Assembly (NCBI GenBank): GCA_963696165.1
Contig: CAVOIY010000005.1
Coordinates: forward strand, 407,780-471,779
DNA: 64,000 bases
Direction of reading: 5' to 3'
From: an uncultured Acidobacteriota bacterium
GTDB taxonomy: Bacteria > Acidobacteriota > Vicinamibacteria > Vicinamibacterales > CAVVIG01
In this document: positions 36,500 to 48,528 of the stretch, piece after piece
Layout: every line of letters begins with the position of its first letter
Numbering within the stretch: position 1 is the first letter of the stretch
Notes under the pieces: generated by a model
Seen by the model: the letters and a program-made list of their open reading frames with translations, nothing else
The model's database searches: none
Told to the model about the DNA's origin: nothing
Made by a program: the position numbers and the translations under genes

Positions 36500-38957
36500 T
36501 TCACTTTCCATTCCTGAACGCCTGCCGACCACTGCGGCTGCATCGTCACCTCCAATCGCAGCCCCGTCGTCGTCACCGGCCGGAACGGGATCGCGTTGTA
36601 CTGATCTTTCGCGACGCCGTACTGGCCGAGCGGGTCGACCGGCTTCCAGGTATCTCCATCTCGATAAAGCAGGCGCCAGGCTTTCGGCACGCGCACGTCG
36701 CCGCGGCCCGTGTCGTCGAACCAGTACACCTGGGCTTCAGACACGGTGGCCGGCTTTGCGAACGCGTACTCGATCCACTCCGTCGTCCCTTTGACGGGCC
36801 ACCAGTCGAAATACGCCGCCGCATCGCTCGACGACGTCGGCTCGTCACCGTCGTTGACCCCGCGCGGATCCTTTCGTCCGGAAGTTGTCACCGCGCTCGT
36901 TGTCGCGATCGTTGGATAGGGCGTCGGCCGCGCAGCGGCTTCGGTGCGGGCGAGCCAGACGGCCATTTCGCCGCTGCCGCGATTCGCCCACGTCGAGTAC
37001 GGGATGGCGACGATCTTCTGCTCGGTTCTTTCCGGCCGGCCGTCGCCGTTCATCGCGACGCCCACGCCGCTCGCGGTCACGACCTGCACGCCGTTGAGGA
37101 GATCGGCGCGGAATTCCGAGCCGAGCGCGGCCGTGTCGGGCAGGACGAGATTGCGCACGTGGCCGTTCGCGTTGTCCGGCCACTCGGCGGTATACACGAG
37201 TGGCCCGCGCTGCAGCGCGACGCGATCGCGATCGGCGACGACCTGCTCGTTCGCGACGATGCGGCGAACCGGCATCGGAAGCGAGAGATCGAGCACGTCG
37301 CCACGGCGCCACCGCCGTGTCACCGACAGGTAGCCCTTGACGAGAGGTGCGGTCACAACCTGGCCGTTAACCTTCAGCACGACAGATTCGTTGGACGGTT
37401 CGAGGAATCGATAGAGGTCGCTCGGGACCGGCTCGTTTCTGGCCCAGCCGGGCACGCGGACGTTCACCGTGAAGTCGCGTGCGCGATCCGGCGCAATCGT
37501 GATGCGCACGGCGCCGTCCCACGGATAGCGCGTTTCCTGCGTGATCTTGACGGGACGTCCGCCGAGCGTGATATCCGCAGAGCCGCCGGCGAACAGGTTG
37601 ACGTACAGCCTGTTGCCTTGCTGCGCGTACACGTAGCCGGGCACCGATGCCAGGAAGCGGGTGATGTTGCCCGGGCAGCAGGCGACGCCGAACCAGGGGC
37701 TGCGCTGATGCTGACCGCTCGATTCGAGCGGGTTCGGATAGAAGAACGACTTGCCGTCGAGCGACACGCCGGAGATCAGGCCGTTGTAGAGCGTGCGCTC
37801 CATGACGTCGATGTACTTCGCGTCGGCGTGCAGCAGAAACAGGCGCTCGTTCCAGAAGTCGTTGCCGACCGCGGCGCAGGTTTCGTTGTACGCCGTCATG
37901 TTGGGCAGCTCGTACGGACCGCCGAACGCTTCGCCCGCGTCCCGTCGCGCCGATTCCGCCGGTGATGTACAGCTTCTTCGAGACGACGTCGTTCCAGATG
38001 CGATCGATAGCGGCGAGATACGCCTTGTCGTCGGTCATCGCGGCGACGTCGGCCATGCCGGAATACATGTAGGTGGCGCGCACGGCGTGGCCGACCGCTT
38101 CGCTCTGGTCGACCGGCGGCAGCATGCGACTGGTTGTAGTCGCGCCCGGCGCCTGCCGGCCATCCGGCCCGCGCACGTCGAGCATGAACTTCGCGAGGTC
38201 CAGATATTTCTGTTCGCCGGTGACGCGATACAGCTTCACCAGCCCCATCTCGGTGATCTGGTGGCCGGGCCAGATTGCCTTCTTGCCGGGGCCGAACGTG
38301 CGCGTCGAGAAGGTCCGCGGTCTTCAGCGCGACGTCGAGCAGCGTCCGCTTGCCGGTGGCCTGATAGTGCGCGACGGCCGCTTCGTAGAGGTGGCCGAGG
38401 TCGTAGAGCTCGTGGCTGTCCACCTTTTCGAGCTCCCAGCGCTCGGCGCCCGACCACTGGTGCGGGTTCTTCGGATCGATGGTGCGCGCCGTGTAGAGAT
38501 AGCCGTCGGGCTCCTGCGCCGCGGCGATCTTCGCGATCAGGCCGTCGACATACGCATCGAGCTTCGGATCCGGATGGACGCTCAGCGCGTACGACGCGCC
38601 TTCGATCACCTTGTAGAGGTCGGTGTCGTCGAACGGATAGCCTGGCGCCTTCGTGTTCGTCAACGGTTCGCCGCGGAGCGCCTTCGCGGCGCGCTCGAAG
38701 TTGTCGACGCGTCCCGTCACCTCGCACTGCTCGAACGCGAACGGAATCGTGACCTTGCGATTCGTCTCGATGCGCGGCGCCCAGAACACGTCGTTCAGGT
38801 GGACCGCGGTGAACGGCACCGGCTGAACCGGATAGTCGTGATCCGCTTTCGCGCGCATGCCCTGCGGACGTGCGGCAATAGCGACGACGAGCGCAGATAT
38901 CGACAGCAGCGCGGCGGCGCCGCCGACGCGAATCAGTGAACGTCCGCGGGTGTGCAT
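36496..38957 (-). CDS. GH127 beta-L-arabinofuranosidase-like glycoside hydrolase, paralogue C, with extra C-terminal beta-sandwich-like domain (two to three frame breaks)
   Basis: ELYDLGHLYEAAVAHYQATGKRTLL, AVGHAVRATYMYSGMAD, AYNETCAAVGNDFWNERLF, WFGVACCPGNITRF. Tail is YFDWWPVKGTTEWIEYAF...YWFDDTG. Confidence 0.85.
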
Positions 38958-40121
38958 TTACTTCGCGATGCCGAACGAGAAAACCGTCTGCGAGCGGTAC
39001 GGCGTGCCCGGCCGCACGATCGTCGACGGAAACGCCGGATGATTCGGCGAGTCGGGGAAGTGCTGTGTCTCGAGGCACAAGCCCGAGCGCCGCGTGTAGA
39101 CGTGATCCGACTTGCCGTGAATGGTGCCGTCGAGAAAATTACCGGAGTAGAACTGCAGCCCGGGTTCTGTCGTCGCGATGTCGAGCGTGCGCCCGCTCTG
39201 TGGCTCCGCGAGATGCGCGGCATGCACGAGTCCCGCACCGGTTCGGTTGAGTACCCAGTTGTGATCGTATCCGTTGCCGTTTTTCAGCTGCGCGTCGTCG
39301 ACCGCGATCCGCGCGCCGATAGCGGTGGGCGTACGGAAGTCGAACGGCGTGCCTGCGACCGGAGCAAGCTCGCCGGTCGGAATCAGCGTGTCGTCGACCG
39401 GCGTGAAGCGATCGGCGTCGATCGTCAGCACATGTCCGAGAATATCTCCAGCGCCTTCGCCGGCGAGATTGAAATAGCTGTGTTGCGTCAGATTGACGGG
39501 CGTCGCCTTGTCGGTCGTCGCCTCATAATCCACACGCAGCTCGTTCGCCGACGTCAGCATGTACGTGACCTTCGCGTGCAGTGTTCCCGGATAGCCTTCG
39601 TCGCCGTCGGGACTCGTGAGCGTGTAGGTGATGCCGGCGGTGCCGTCCCGCTCGAAGGGCTCGGCGGCCCAGGTTGCCTTGTCGAAGCCATGCACGCCGC
39701 CGTGCAAGTGGTTAGGTCCGTTGTTGGTCGCCAGATGGTAAAGCGTTCCATCTAGCGTGAAGCGTCCCTTGGCGATGCGGTTGCCGTACCGGCCGACGAC
39801 TGCGCCGAAGTACGGCGGCTGCTTCGTGATGTAGTCCTGGAACGTGTCGAACCCGAGGACGACATCGGCCGGCTGCCCGCGGCGATCCGGTACGCGAATC
39901 GAGACGAGAATCGCGCCGTAGGGCATGGTCCGCACCTCCATACCGCCCGCATTCGCGATCGTGAACAGATCGACTGGCGAGCCGTCCGACGATGCGCCGA
40001 ATCGTGTGCGTGAGACAGTAGGCGTGCTCGTCTTCTCTCCCAGCGTCGCGCGCGCGCTTTCACCGCACGCGCATGGGACGATGGCCAGGGCGGCCAGAAC
40101 GACGGCGTGGCGCGCGATCAT
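38958..40121 (-). CDS. galM: aldose 1-epimerase (mutarotase), secreted/lipoprotein form, intact
   Basis: GGGAG upstream of ATG 40121. YGNRIAKGRFTLDG, NGPNHLHGGVHGFDKATW, NLTQHSYFNL, GLCLETQHFPDSPN. Confidence 0.9.
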   Translation of the reverse strand: MIARHAVVLAALAIVPCACGESARATLGEKTSTPTVSRTRFGASSDGSPVDLFTIANAGGMEVRTMPYGAILVSIRVPDRRGQPADVVLGFDTFQDYITKQPPYFGAVVGRYGNRIAKGRFTLDGTLYHLATNNGPNHLHGGVHGFDKATWAAEPFERDGTAGITYTLTSPDGDEGYPGTLHAKVTYMLTSANELRVDYEATTDKATPVNLTQHSYFNLAGEGAGDILGHVLTIDADRFTPVDDTLIPTGELAPVAGTPFDFRTPTAIGARIAVDDAQLKNGNGYDHNWVLNRTGAGLVHAAHLAEPQSGRTLDIATTEPGLQFYSGNFLDGTIHGKSDHVYTRRSGLCLETQHFPDSPNHPAFPSTIVRPGTPYRSQTVFSFGIAK

Positions 40122-40145
40122 GATGCTCCCGCGACGAATGTCCAG

Positions 40146-40160
40146 TTGTATAGTATTACC
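40146..40160. promoter_or_regulatory. candidate GntR/FadR-type operator (GT-N8-AC) overlapping a TATAGT hexamer in the divergent spacer
   Basis: TTGTATAGTATTACC sits between galM (minus) and the GntR gene (plus). The spacer is only 41 nt. Confidence 0.3.
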
Positions 40161-40162
40161 AT

Positions 40163-40931
40163 ATGACAACAGACGGAGCGCCCGTTCAATTCGAGCGCTC
40201 ACAATATCCCGAGCAGAGCCTGCATGGACGGATCGTCCACGCGATCGGCCGCCGCATTCTCGGCGGCAATCTGCAGCCCGGCGCGCTGCTGCCCGCCGAG
40301 CGCGAGCTGCGCGCGAGCCGCACGGTCGTCCGGGAAGCGGTGAAGGTGCTCGCCGCGAAGGGACTCGTCGAGTCGCGTCCAAAGACCGGCACGCGGGTCA
40401 GAGCCCGCGATGCCTGGAACCTGCTCGATCCAGATGTGCTCGCCTGGCAGCGCGACGGTGCTGCACCCTGGAAGCCACGGCGCCCAGCTCCGATCTCTCA
40501 CCGAGGTGCGCCGAATCATCGAGCCGGCGGCGGCCGAACTGGCTGCGGCCCGCGCAGATGCTCGACGATATCGCGGCGCTCGAACAGGCGCTCGACGAGA
40601 TGGAGCAGACGGCGCTGCCGGCCCATGGCGCCGACTTCGAAGCGTTCGTTCAGGCCGATATGCGCTTTCATCTCGCGATCCTTCGAGCCTGCAGAAACGA
40701 TCTGCTCGAGCAGATGAGCCGCGTCGTCTACTCGGCGCTGCTCGTCAGCTTCAGGTCCACGAGCGCGCTGCCGGGCCGCGCGAAGGCGTCGCTGCCGAAG
40801 CATCGGGCCATTCTGCGACGCGATTCGCGCCGGCCGTCGCGGACCGCGCCGGCGCGGCGATGCGCCGTCTGGTGCAGAGCACCGCGCGCGATGTGGACGC
40901 GCTCGGAAAACGATCGCGGGCCAGGCGCTAG
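40163..40931 (+). CDS. GntR-family (FadR subfamily) transcriptional regulator (frame breaks)
   Basis: LPAERELRASRTVVREAVKVLAAKGLVESRPKTGTRV. FCD-like FVQADMRFHLAILRACRNDLLEQM. Confidence 0.8.
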
Positions 40932-41710
<779 letters not shown>

Positions 41711-41788
41711 TTCCGTTAGTGGGCCACAGAGTCTGTGGCTGAATTGGTCTGAAGTCTCCGTACGGTCCGACGAGTCTGACGAGGAGCC

Positions 41789-42705
41789 ATGCGAACAACG
41801 ACGGACATCCTGACAAGCTTGGACCTGCCGGCACGCGATGCGTACGACTTGCCGACATCGCGCAAGCGGTTCGCCGACGATGGGCAGTACCGCGTGGAGA
41901 TCCCGTCGTGCGAGGGACCGCGCGCGATGGAGGCGGTGCTCGCGGCCGCCCGCGAGCACGCCGTCGCGATTCACCGCGTCAGCCAGGGCAGCGGCGTCAT
42001 GCTGCAGACCGACGACGAGATCGAACGCATGGTCGCGCTCGGGCACGAGCACGGCATCGAGGTGTGTCTGTTTGTCGGGCCGCGCGCGAACTGGGACGTC
42101 GGCGTCCAGGCGGCCAGCAGCGCCGGCAGAGTGTCTGGGCTCGTCGCTCCGCGGCGCCGATCAGGTTTCGTACGGCATCGAGGATGTACGGCACGCCGCC
42201 ACGCTCGGCATCCGGTCGGTGCTCGTCGCCGACATCGGTCAGCTGATGATTCTGGCCAGAATGAAAACCGCCGGGGACCTGCCTCCCGATTTCGTGCTCA
42301 AGGTCTCGGTGACGTTGGCGGCGGGCAATCCGGCATCCGCCCGAGTGCTCGAAGGATCTCGGGCGCGACGTCGATCAATCTTCCTGTCGATCTGTCGCTG
42401 CCGCAGATTGCGGCCATCCGTCAAGCCATCGATGCGGCGATCGATTTCTACGTCGAGGCGCCCTGACGATTTCGGCGGTACGGTTCGGCACTACGAGATT
42501 CCCGAACTGGTGCGGATTGCGGCGCCGATCTATCTTGAAGTTCGGCCTGCGCAACGCGCCCTCGATCTATCCGAGCGGACAGCATATCGAGTCGACGGTG
42601 CTGGCTTTGTCTCGCGAACGGGTCCGCCGCGCGGCGATCGGCCTCGCGCTCCTGCGACGCTACCGCCCGGATGCGGTTGCCTCGCCCGTCGCGGTGCGCG
42701 TGTGA
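41789..42705 (+). CDS. conserved hypothetical protein embedded in the sugar-acid operon (frame breaks)
   Basis: DLPTSRKRFADDGQYRVEIPSCEGPRAMEAVLAAAREHAVAIHRVSQGSGVML, GIRSVLVADIGQLMILARM, FYVEAPDDFGGTVRHYEIPELVRIAAPIYLKFGLRNAP. No family recognised. Confidence 0.5.
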
Positions 42706-42749
42706 CGGCACCAAACCGCGCGATCAGCCCGTCAGGCGCGATGCCGGCG

Positions 42750-43913
42750 ATGAAGGTCACCGACGTGCGGGTCACGGTCGTCGGCGCGCCGTGGCGCGAG
42801 CTCGTCTTCGTCGAGCTCACCACCGACACCGGTCTGGTCGGCGTCGGCGAAATCCGGATCGTGAACAAGACGAGCACGCTCGTCGCGTGCATCGAGGAGC
42901 TGGCGCCTCGCTATGTGATCGGCAGCGATCCGTTTGATGTCGAGCGGCTTGCCTGGAACATATTGCAGGCCGAGTACGGACGGCCTGAGGAAATCACGCA
43001 GTCGGCGCTGGCCGCGTTCGACGTCGCGAGCTGGGACATCATCGGCCAGGCGCTCGGCGTTCCGGTGTGGCGCCTGCTCGGCGGACGCATGCGCGACCGG
43101 GTCCCCGCCTACGCGAACGGCTGGTATCAGGCGGATCGCGATCCGAAGGCCGTCGCCGCTCTCGCGCGAACGCGTCGTCGCGCGCGGGTATCGCGCGTTG
43201 AAGCTGGACCCGTTCGGCGCCGCCAACGCGGAAATCTCCGGCGCCGATTCACGTCTTGCGGTGGGCGTGCTCGCCGCGGTGCGCGATGCGGTCGGCCCGG
43301 ACATCCAGATCATGGTGGAGATGCACGGCCGCTTCACACCGTCAACGGCCGTGCGGATGGCGGCGCTTCTCGAACCTGTACGAGCCCGAATGGATCGAAG
43401 AGCCTGTGCCGGCAGAAAATCCCGAGACGACAGCGCGAGTGCGCGCGGCGACGAAGCTGACGATCGCGTCGGGCGAACGGGCGCATACACCTGAAGATAT
43501 CCGCCCCTTCATCGAGAGGACGCTGATCGATATCGTGCAGGTCGATCTCACGCACTTCGGCGGATTTCTCGCGATGAAGCGCCTGGCTGGATGGGCGAAC
43601 GCCTACTCGCTGCTGCTTGCGCCTCACAACGTCTGCGGACCGGTGGGGACGATGGCGAACGTGCACTTCGCGGTGTCGACGCCAAACTACAAGGTGCTCG
43701 AGCACTTCAACGACTTCGCCGATCCATGGGTGCAGGAGCTCGTCGATTGCCCGCCCACGGTCGACGCGTCCGATGGCTGCTTTGCGCTCCCCGAGCGTCC
43801 GGGACTTGGCGTCAGGCTGAATCACGATGTCTGCGCGCGGCATCCGCGCACCGGCGGCCGAATCCGACTCTTCGAACAGGGGTGGGAACGCCGGGGATTC
43901 GGCGGCGACGTGA
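42750..43913 (+). CDS. enolase-superfamily (mandelate racemase/muconate lactonizing type) sugar-acid dehydratase (frame breaks)
   Basis: MKVTDVRVTVVGAPWRELVFVELTTDTGLVGVGE, ALKLDPFG, IQIMVEMHGRF, WIEEPVPAENPE, IASGERAHT, DIVQVDLTHFGG. Confidence 0.8.
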
Positions 43914-44796
43914 TCGCGTCGACGATCGGCGTGGAGCTGGCCGTCGACGCGAGAGCCGAGCTCGGCGAGAGCCCTGTCTGGGACGACCGCGCGGGCTGCC
44001 TGTACTTCGTCGACATCCTGCGCGCGCGCGTGCATCGCTTTCACCCTGTCGATGGGTCCGTCGACACTCGTACGAGATTGGGCAGTACGTGGGCGCCGTT
44101 GCGCTCGCCGAACGCGGCGATCTCGTGCTCGCCGTTCGCGACGGATTCGCGCGGCTCGACCTCGAGACGCGTGCTGTGCGGACGATTGCTCACGTGGCGA
44201 ATCGTTCGCCCGACCGGCGGATGAACGACGGCAACTGCGATCCGGCGGGACGATTCTGGGCGGGTACGATGGCGCTCGACGAGCGGCCGGACGCCGGCGC
44301 GCTGTATCGCCTCGATGCCGACGGCTCGGTGTCGACGATGTTGGTGCCGGTGTCGATCTCGAACGGGATCGACTGGTCGCGTGACGGCACGCGGATGTTC
44401 TTCGTCGACAGCCCGACGCAGGCGATCGACGTGTTCGATTTCGACGTGGCTGATGGCCGCATCGCGAACCGGCGACGATTCGTCAGCATCGCGCCGGAGC
44501 TCGGCATGCCGGACGGACTCACGCTCGATGCCGACGAGCACGTGTGGGTATCGCTCTGGGGCGGAAGCGCAGTGCAGCGCTATGCGCCCGACGGCACGCT
44601 CGACACGACGGTGCGCCTTCCGGTTGCCTATCCGACATCATGCGCGTTCGGCGGCGCCGACCTTCGCGACCTCTATGTCACGACGGCGGCGGTGAAATTG
44701 ACGGCCGCCGAGCGCGCGAGCCAACCGCATGCGGGCGGCATTTTTCGTTGCCGACCGGGACCATCGGGCCGCGCGCCGCATCGGTTCAAGGGATAG
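43910..44796 (+). CDS. SMP-30/gluconolactonase/LRE-family sugar lactonase (one frame change near 44060)
   Basis: GESPVWDDRAGCLYFVDI, NDGNCDPAGRFWAGTM, SNGIDWSRDG, MPDGLTLDADEHVWVSLWGG, CAFGGADLRDLYVTTA. Confidence 0.8.
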
Positions 44797-44798
44797 CC

Positions 44799-46299
44799 GT
44801 GGCGGCGATCGAGTTTCGGCAGATCGACAAATCGTTCGGCGCGGTCGCCGCGCTCCGCGATGTGTCCTTTGCCATCGCCGACGCCGAAGCCCACGCCATC
44901 GTCGGCGAGAACGGCGCAGGCAAGTCGACGCTGCTGAAGATCTTGTCGGGGAGCCTCCAGCCCGATCGCGGCGAACTGCGCGTCGGCGACGAGCCCGTGA
45001 CGTTCGGGCGTCCTCGCGATGCGCTGGCGCGCGGGATCGGGCTCGTGCATCAGGAGATGCTGGCGTTCCCGAATCTGTCGGTGACGGCGAACATCTTTGC
45101 CGGCCGCGAGCTGACCGGCGGTTTCGGGCGGCTGCGCGAAACCGAGATGCGCGCGCGGGCCAGCGAGCTGCTCGCGCGGCTGCACGTGCCGGTTCCGCCC
45201 GACGCGCTGGTCGAGCGCCTGCCGATTGCGTATCGGCAGCTACTGCAGGTGGCGCGGGCGCTCGCGTTCGATTGCCGGATTCTGGCGCTCGACGAGCCGA
45301 CGACATCGCTGACGACCGGCGAAACCGATCATCTGTTTGGCGTGCTCGACGAGTTGAAGCGCGGCGGCGTCACGCTGATCTATGTTTCGCATCGGCTGCC
45401 GGAAGTGTTTCGCGTGTGCGATCGGATTACGTGCCTGCGCGATGGCCGTTACATCGGGACGTTCACGAAAAACACTGTCACCGCCGACGAAATCGTACGG
45501 TCGATGGTGGGCCGCGAGCATCGCGCCGCGCGCCACCGAGTCGTCGCGTCCCGTCGACGGCGAGCCGCTGCTGCAGGTCGAGAATCTCACGCGCGCGCCG
45601 TCGTTCACCGACGCGACCTTCGATGTCCGCGCGGGCGAGATTGTCGCGTTGTTCGGCCTCGTCGGATCAGGCCGCTCCGAGCTGCTCGAGACTCTTGTCG
45701 GCTTGCATACGGCCGATCGCGGGACCGTGCGCGTCAGTGGGGAGGCACGTTCGTTTCGTTCCCCGCGCGCCGCGGCGCGCGCAGGCGTCGTGCTCGTGCC
45801 CGAGGATCGGCAGCGGCAGGGGCTGTTCTTCAACCTGAGTCTGCGTCACAACCTGTTGGTGCCGCGTGCCGAGGCGCAGGGCGCCGTCGTGATTCCGCGG
45901 GGGAGGAAGCGGCTCGCCAAGAGTCTGCTCGAGCACTGGCGGATCAAGGCGGCGTCGCCGGCCGTGACGCCGGACGCGCTCAGCGGCGGGAACCAGCAGA
46001 AGCTCGTGCTCGCGAAGTGGCTCGCCCTCAATCCGCGAGTGCTGCTGCTCGACGAACCGACCAAGGGCGTCGACGTCGGCGCGAAGTTCGAGATACATAC
46101 CATCGCCCGCGGTCTGGCGTCTCGCGGCGCCGGGTGCCTCGTGGCGTCGAGCGATCTGCCGGAAGTGCTCGCGCTTGCCGATCGTATCCTGGTGATGCGC
46201 GGCGGCCGGATCCGCGGCGAGCTCGGCGCCCGCGATCCGGGAACGACCGAAGAATCCGTGATGCGCGTGGCGGCCGCCGCTCCCGGAGAAGCGGCTTGA
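44799..46299 (+). CDS. sugar ABC transporter ATP-binding protein with two ABC modules (one frame change near 45520)
   Basis: GENGAGKSTLLKILSG, LDEPTTSL, GLVGSGRSELLE, LSGGNQQKLVLAKWL, LLLDEPTKGVD. Confidence 0.85.
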
Positions 46300-47259
46300 A
46301 GAAATTGTGGCAGGTCCGCGAGCTCAGCACGGTCGCGATTCTCGTCCTGGAGATTGCCTTCTTCTCCTGGTATCTATGGCCTTCGGGCGGCCGCGCTCAC
46401 CCGTTCCTGAACGCGGACAACGGACTGCTGATTCTGAAGTATTCGTCGATCTACGGCATCGCCGTCGATCGGCGCCGCGATCGTGATCATCTCGGGCGGC
46501 ATCGATCTCGCGCCCGGCGCGGTGATCGCGCTGGCCGGCGTCGTCTCTGGCGGGCTGTTCGTGGAGGCGCATTGGCCGCTGGCGGCGAGCGCCGGAGCCG
46601 GCGTAGCGGTGGGGCTCGCGTGCGGACTGCTCAGCGCCGGTCTGATCGTCCTCGGGCGCCTGCCGCCGTTCATCGCCACGCTCGGCGTGATGGGAATTGC
46701 GCGCGGCGGGGCGTTCATCATCACCGAGGGACGCTACTTCGATGTGTCCGGCGCGCTGCCCGCCGGCTGGCGGCCGCTGGGCATTCTGCCGCTCGACTGG
46801 GTATCGCCAATCGTGATGGTCGCGCTCGCGCTGGTATTTCAGTTTCTGATGACGCGCTTCGAGTGGGGACGCGCGATTTTCGCGGTCGGCGGCAACGAGA
46901 CAGCCGCGCAATTCTCGGGCGTGTCGGTCGGAGTCGTCCAGGCATCCGTATACGTGATTGCCGGCATCCTGGCGGCGGTTTCTGGAGTCGCGCTCGCGGT
47001 GGTGCAAGGCCAGGGGAAAGCCGATCTCGCGACTGGCTACGAACTCGATATCATCGCGTCGGCCGTCGTCGGCGGCGCGAGCCTGACCGGGGGACGCGGC
47101 TCGGTCATCGGCGCAGTGGTCGGGACGCTGATCTTCGGCGTGCTCCGCAACGCGCTGCCGCAGATTCCGGGCGCCACTTTTTACGATCGCCTCATCGTCG
47201 GACTCGTCGTCATCGTCATCGTCGTCATGGATCAGGCGCTGCAAAGGCGCGCCGCGTAG
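46296..47259 (+). CDS. sugar ABC transporter permease (RbsC/AraH-like; one frame change near 46470)
   Basis: TTGA overlap with the ATPase stop. IISGGIDLAPGAVIALAGVV, LPPFIATLGVMGIARG, AVGGNETAAQFSGV, DIIASAVVGGASLTGGRGSVIG. Confidence 0.85.
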
Positions 47260-47308
47260 GGCAGTAGGGCACAGGTAGGGCAGGTAGGGCTTGTGGGTCG
47301 GGTGAGTG
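47257..47308 (+). repeat. TAGGGC(A) x4 short tandem array starting at the permease stop codon
   Basis: TAGGGCAGTAGGGCACAGGTAGGGCAGGTAGGGCTTGTGGGTCGGGTGAGTG. Confidence 0.75.
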
Positions 47309-47415
47309 AAAAGCGCCTGCGGCCATGCCGAGCCGAGGACATGTAAATCCGAGGCGAGGCATCAGCGTAAGTTCGCGGCGGGGGTGGGGCCCCGCCGCCA
47401 GTGAATAAAGTGATC

Positions 47416-48380
47416 ATGAAATTTCGCTTTGCAATTGTCGCGGTGTTCATCGCGTTCACCGCATGCGGCGGCGGCGCAAAGGCGCCGGGCCGCACGGAGA
47501 TCACACGACGGCTACGGTTCGCGGTGATTCCGAAGTCGCTCGATCTCCCGGTCTTCAACTACGCCAAGATCGGGGCCGAGCGCGAGGCGGCGACGCTCGG
47601 GAACGTCGATGTGATCTGGCGCGGCCCTGAGAACGCCGATCAGCTGAAGCAGAAGGAGATTCTCGAGTCGTTCATCACACAGCACGTGGACGGCATCGCG
47701 ATTTCATGCCTGAACGGCGACTTTCTCACCGACACGATCAATCGCGCGGTCGACGCCGGCATTCCCGTCGTCACGTGGGATTCCGACGCACCCAAATCCA
47801 AGCGGCTGGCGTTCTACGGTGTGGACGATCTCGCAGCGGGCCGGATCATGGGAGAACAGGCGGCAGCGCTCCTTGGCGGCAAAGGACAAGTCGCCATCAT
47901 CACGAGCGTCGGCGCGACCAACCTGCAGCGGCGGCTCGAAGGCGTTCGGGAGGTACTGGCCCGGCACAAAGGCATCGAAATCGTCGAGGTGTACGACATC
48001 AAGGAAGACCCGGTGCGGTGCGCGGAGATCATCGCATCCGGCACCAATCGCTATCCCGGGCTCGGCGCCTGGATATCGGTCGGCGGCTGGCCCGTGTTCA
48101 CGCGCAACGCGCTCGCCGCGGTGCCGGCGCGGGACGAAGGTGATCTCGTTCGACACGATTCCTCCGGCGCCCGACCTGCTGAAAGCCGGCAAGGTGCAGG
48201 TACTGCTCGGCCAGAAGTACTTCGGTTGGGGCGGCGAGTCCGTGCGGCTGCTGTCGGATATCAAGGCTGGCCGGCCACCCGCAGCGGCGATCATCGACTC
48301 GGGCGTCGACGTCGTCACGTCGGCCAACGTGGATCGAGTACGTCATCAGCTGGAATGCGCTCGCCAAGGGAGGTAAATGA
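47416..48380 (+). CDS. sugar ABC transporter substrate-binding lipoprotein (frame change near 48130)
   Basis: Lipobox FIAFTAC. FAVIPKSLDLPVFNYAKIGAE, DGIAISCLN, GIPVVTWDSD, VAIITSVGATNLQRRLEG. Confidence 0.8.
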
Positions 48381-48528
48381 TCCAAGTAATTGTGTTTTTG
48401 GAAAAAGTGAGGCGATTCGGCAACAAAACCTTATCCGACTTCCGGGCTCCCGGTATATGCTCGGCGCGTCCCTGCAGCCATTGTTTATCGGTTTCGGCCG
48501 TGTACCCCTGTGTAAAGGTGAGGAGCAT

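Noticed and set aside
44544-47267. A 907-aa plus-strand ORF looks like a giant gene.
   Set aside because: It is a chimera. Only its first part (an ABC ATPase module) is a real frame. The rest is an out-of-frame read-through of the ATPase and permease genes, kept open by high GC and frame errors.
48381-48528. A low-GC 148-nt leader before the TonB-dependent receptor gene was checked for a riboswitch (for example cobalamin or TPP).
   Set aside because: No B12-box, TPP-type or other conserved riboswitch core was recognisable by eye, and the region is too short for a cobalamin element.
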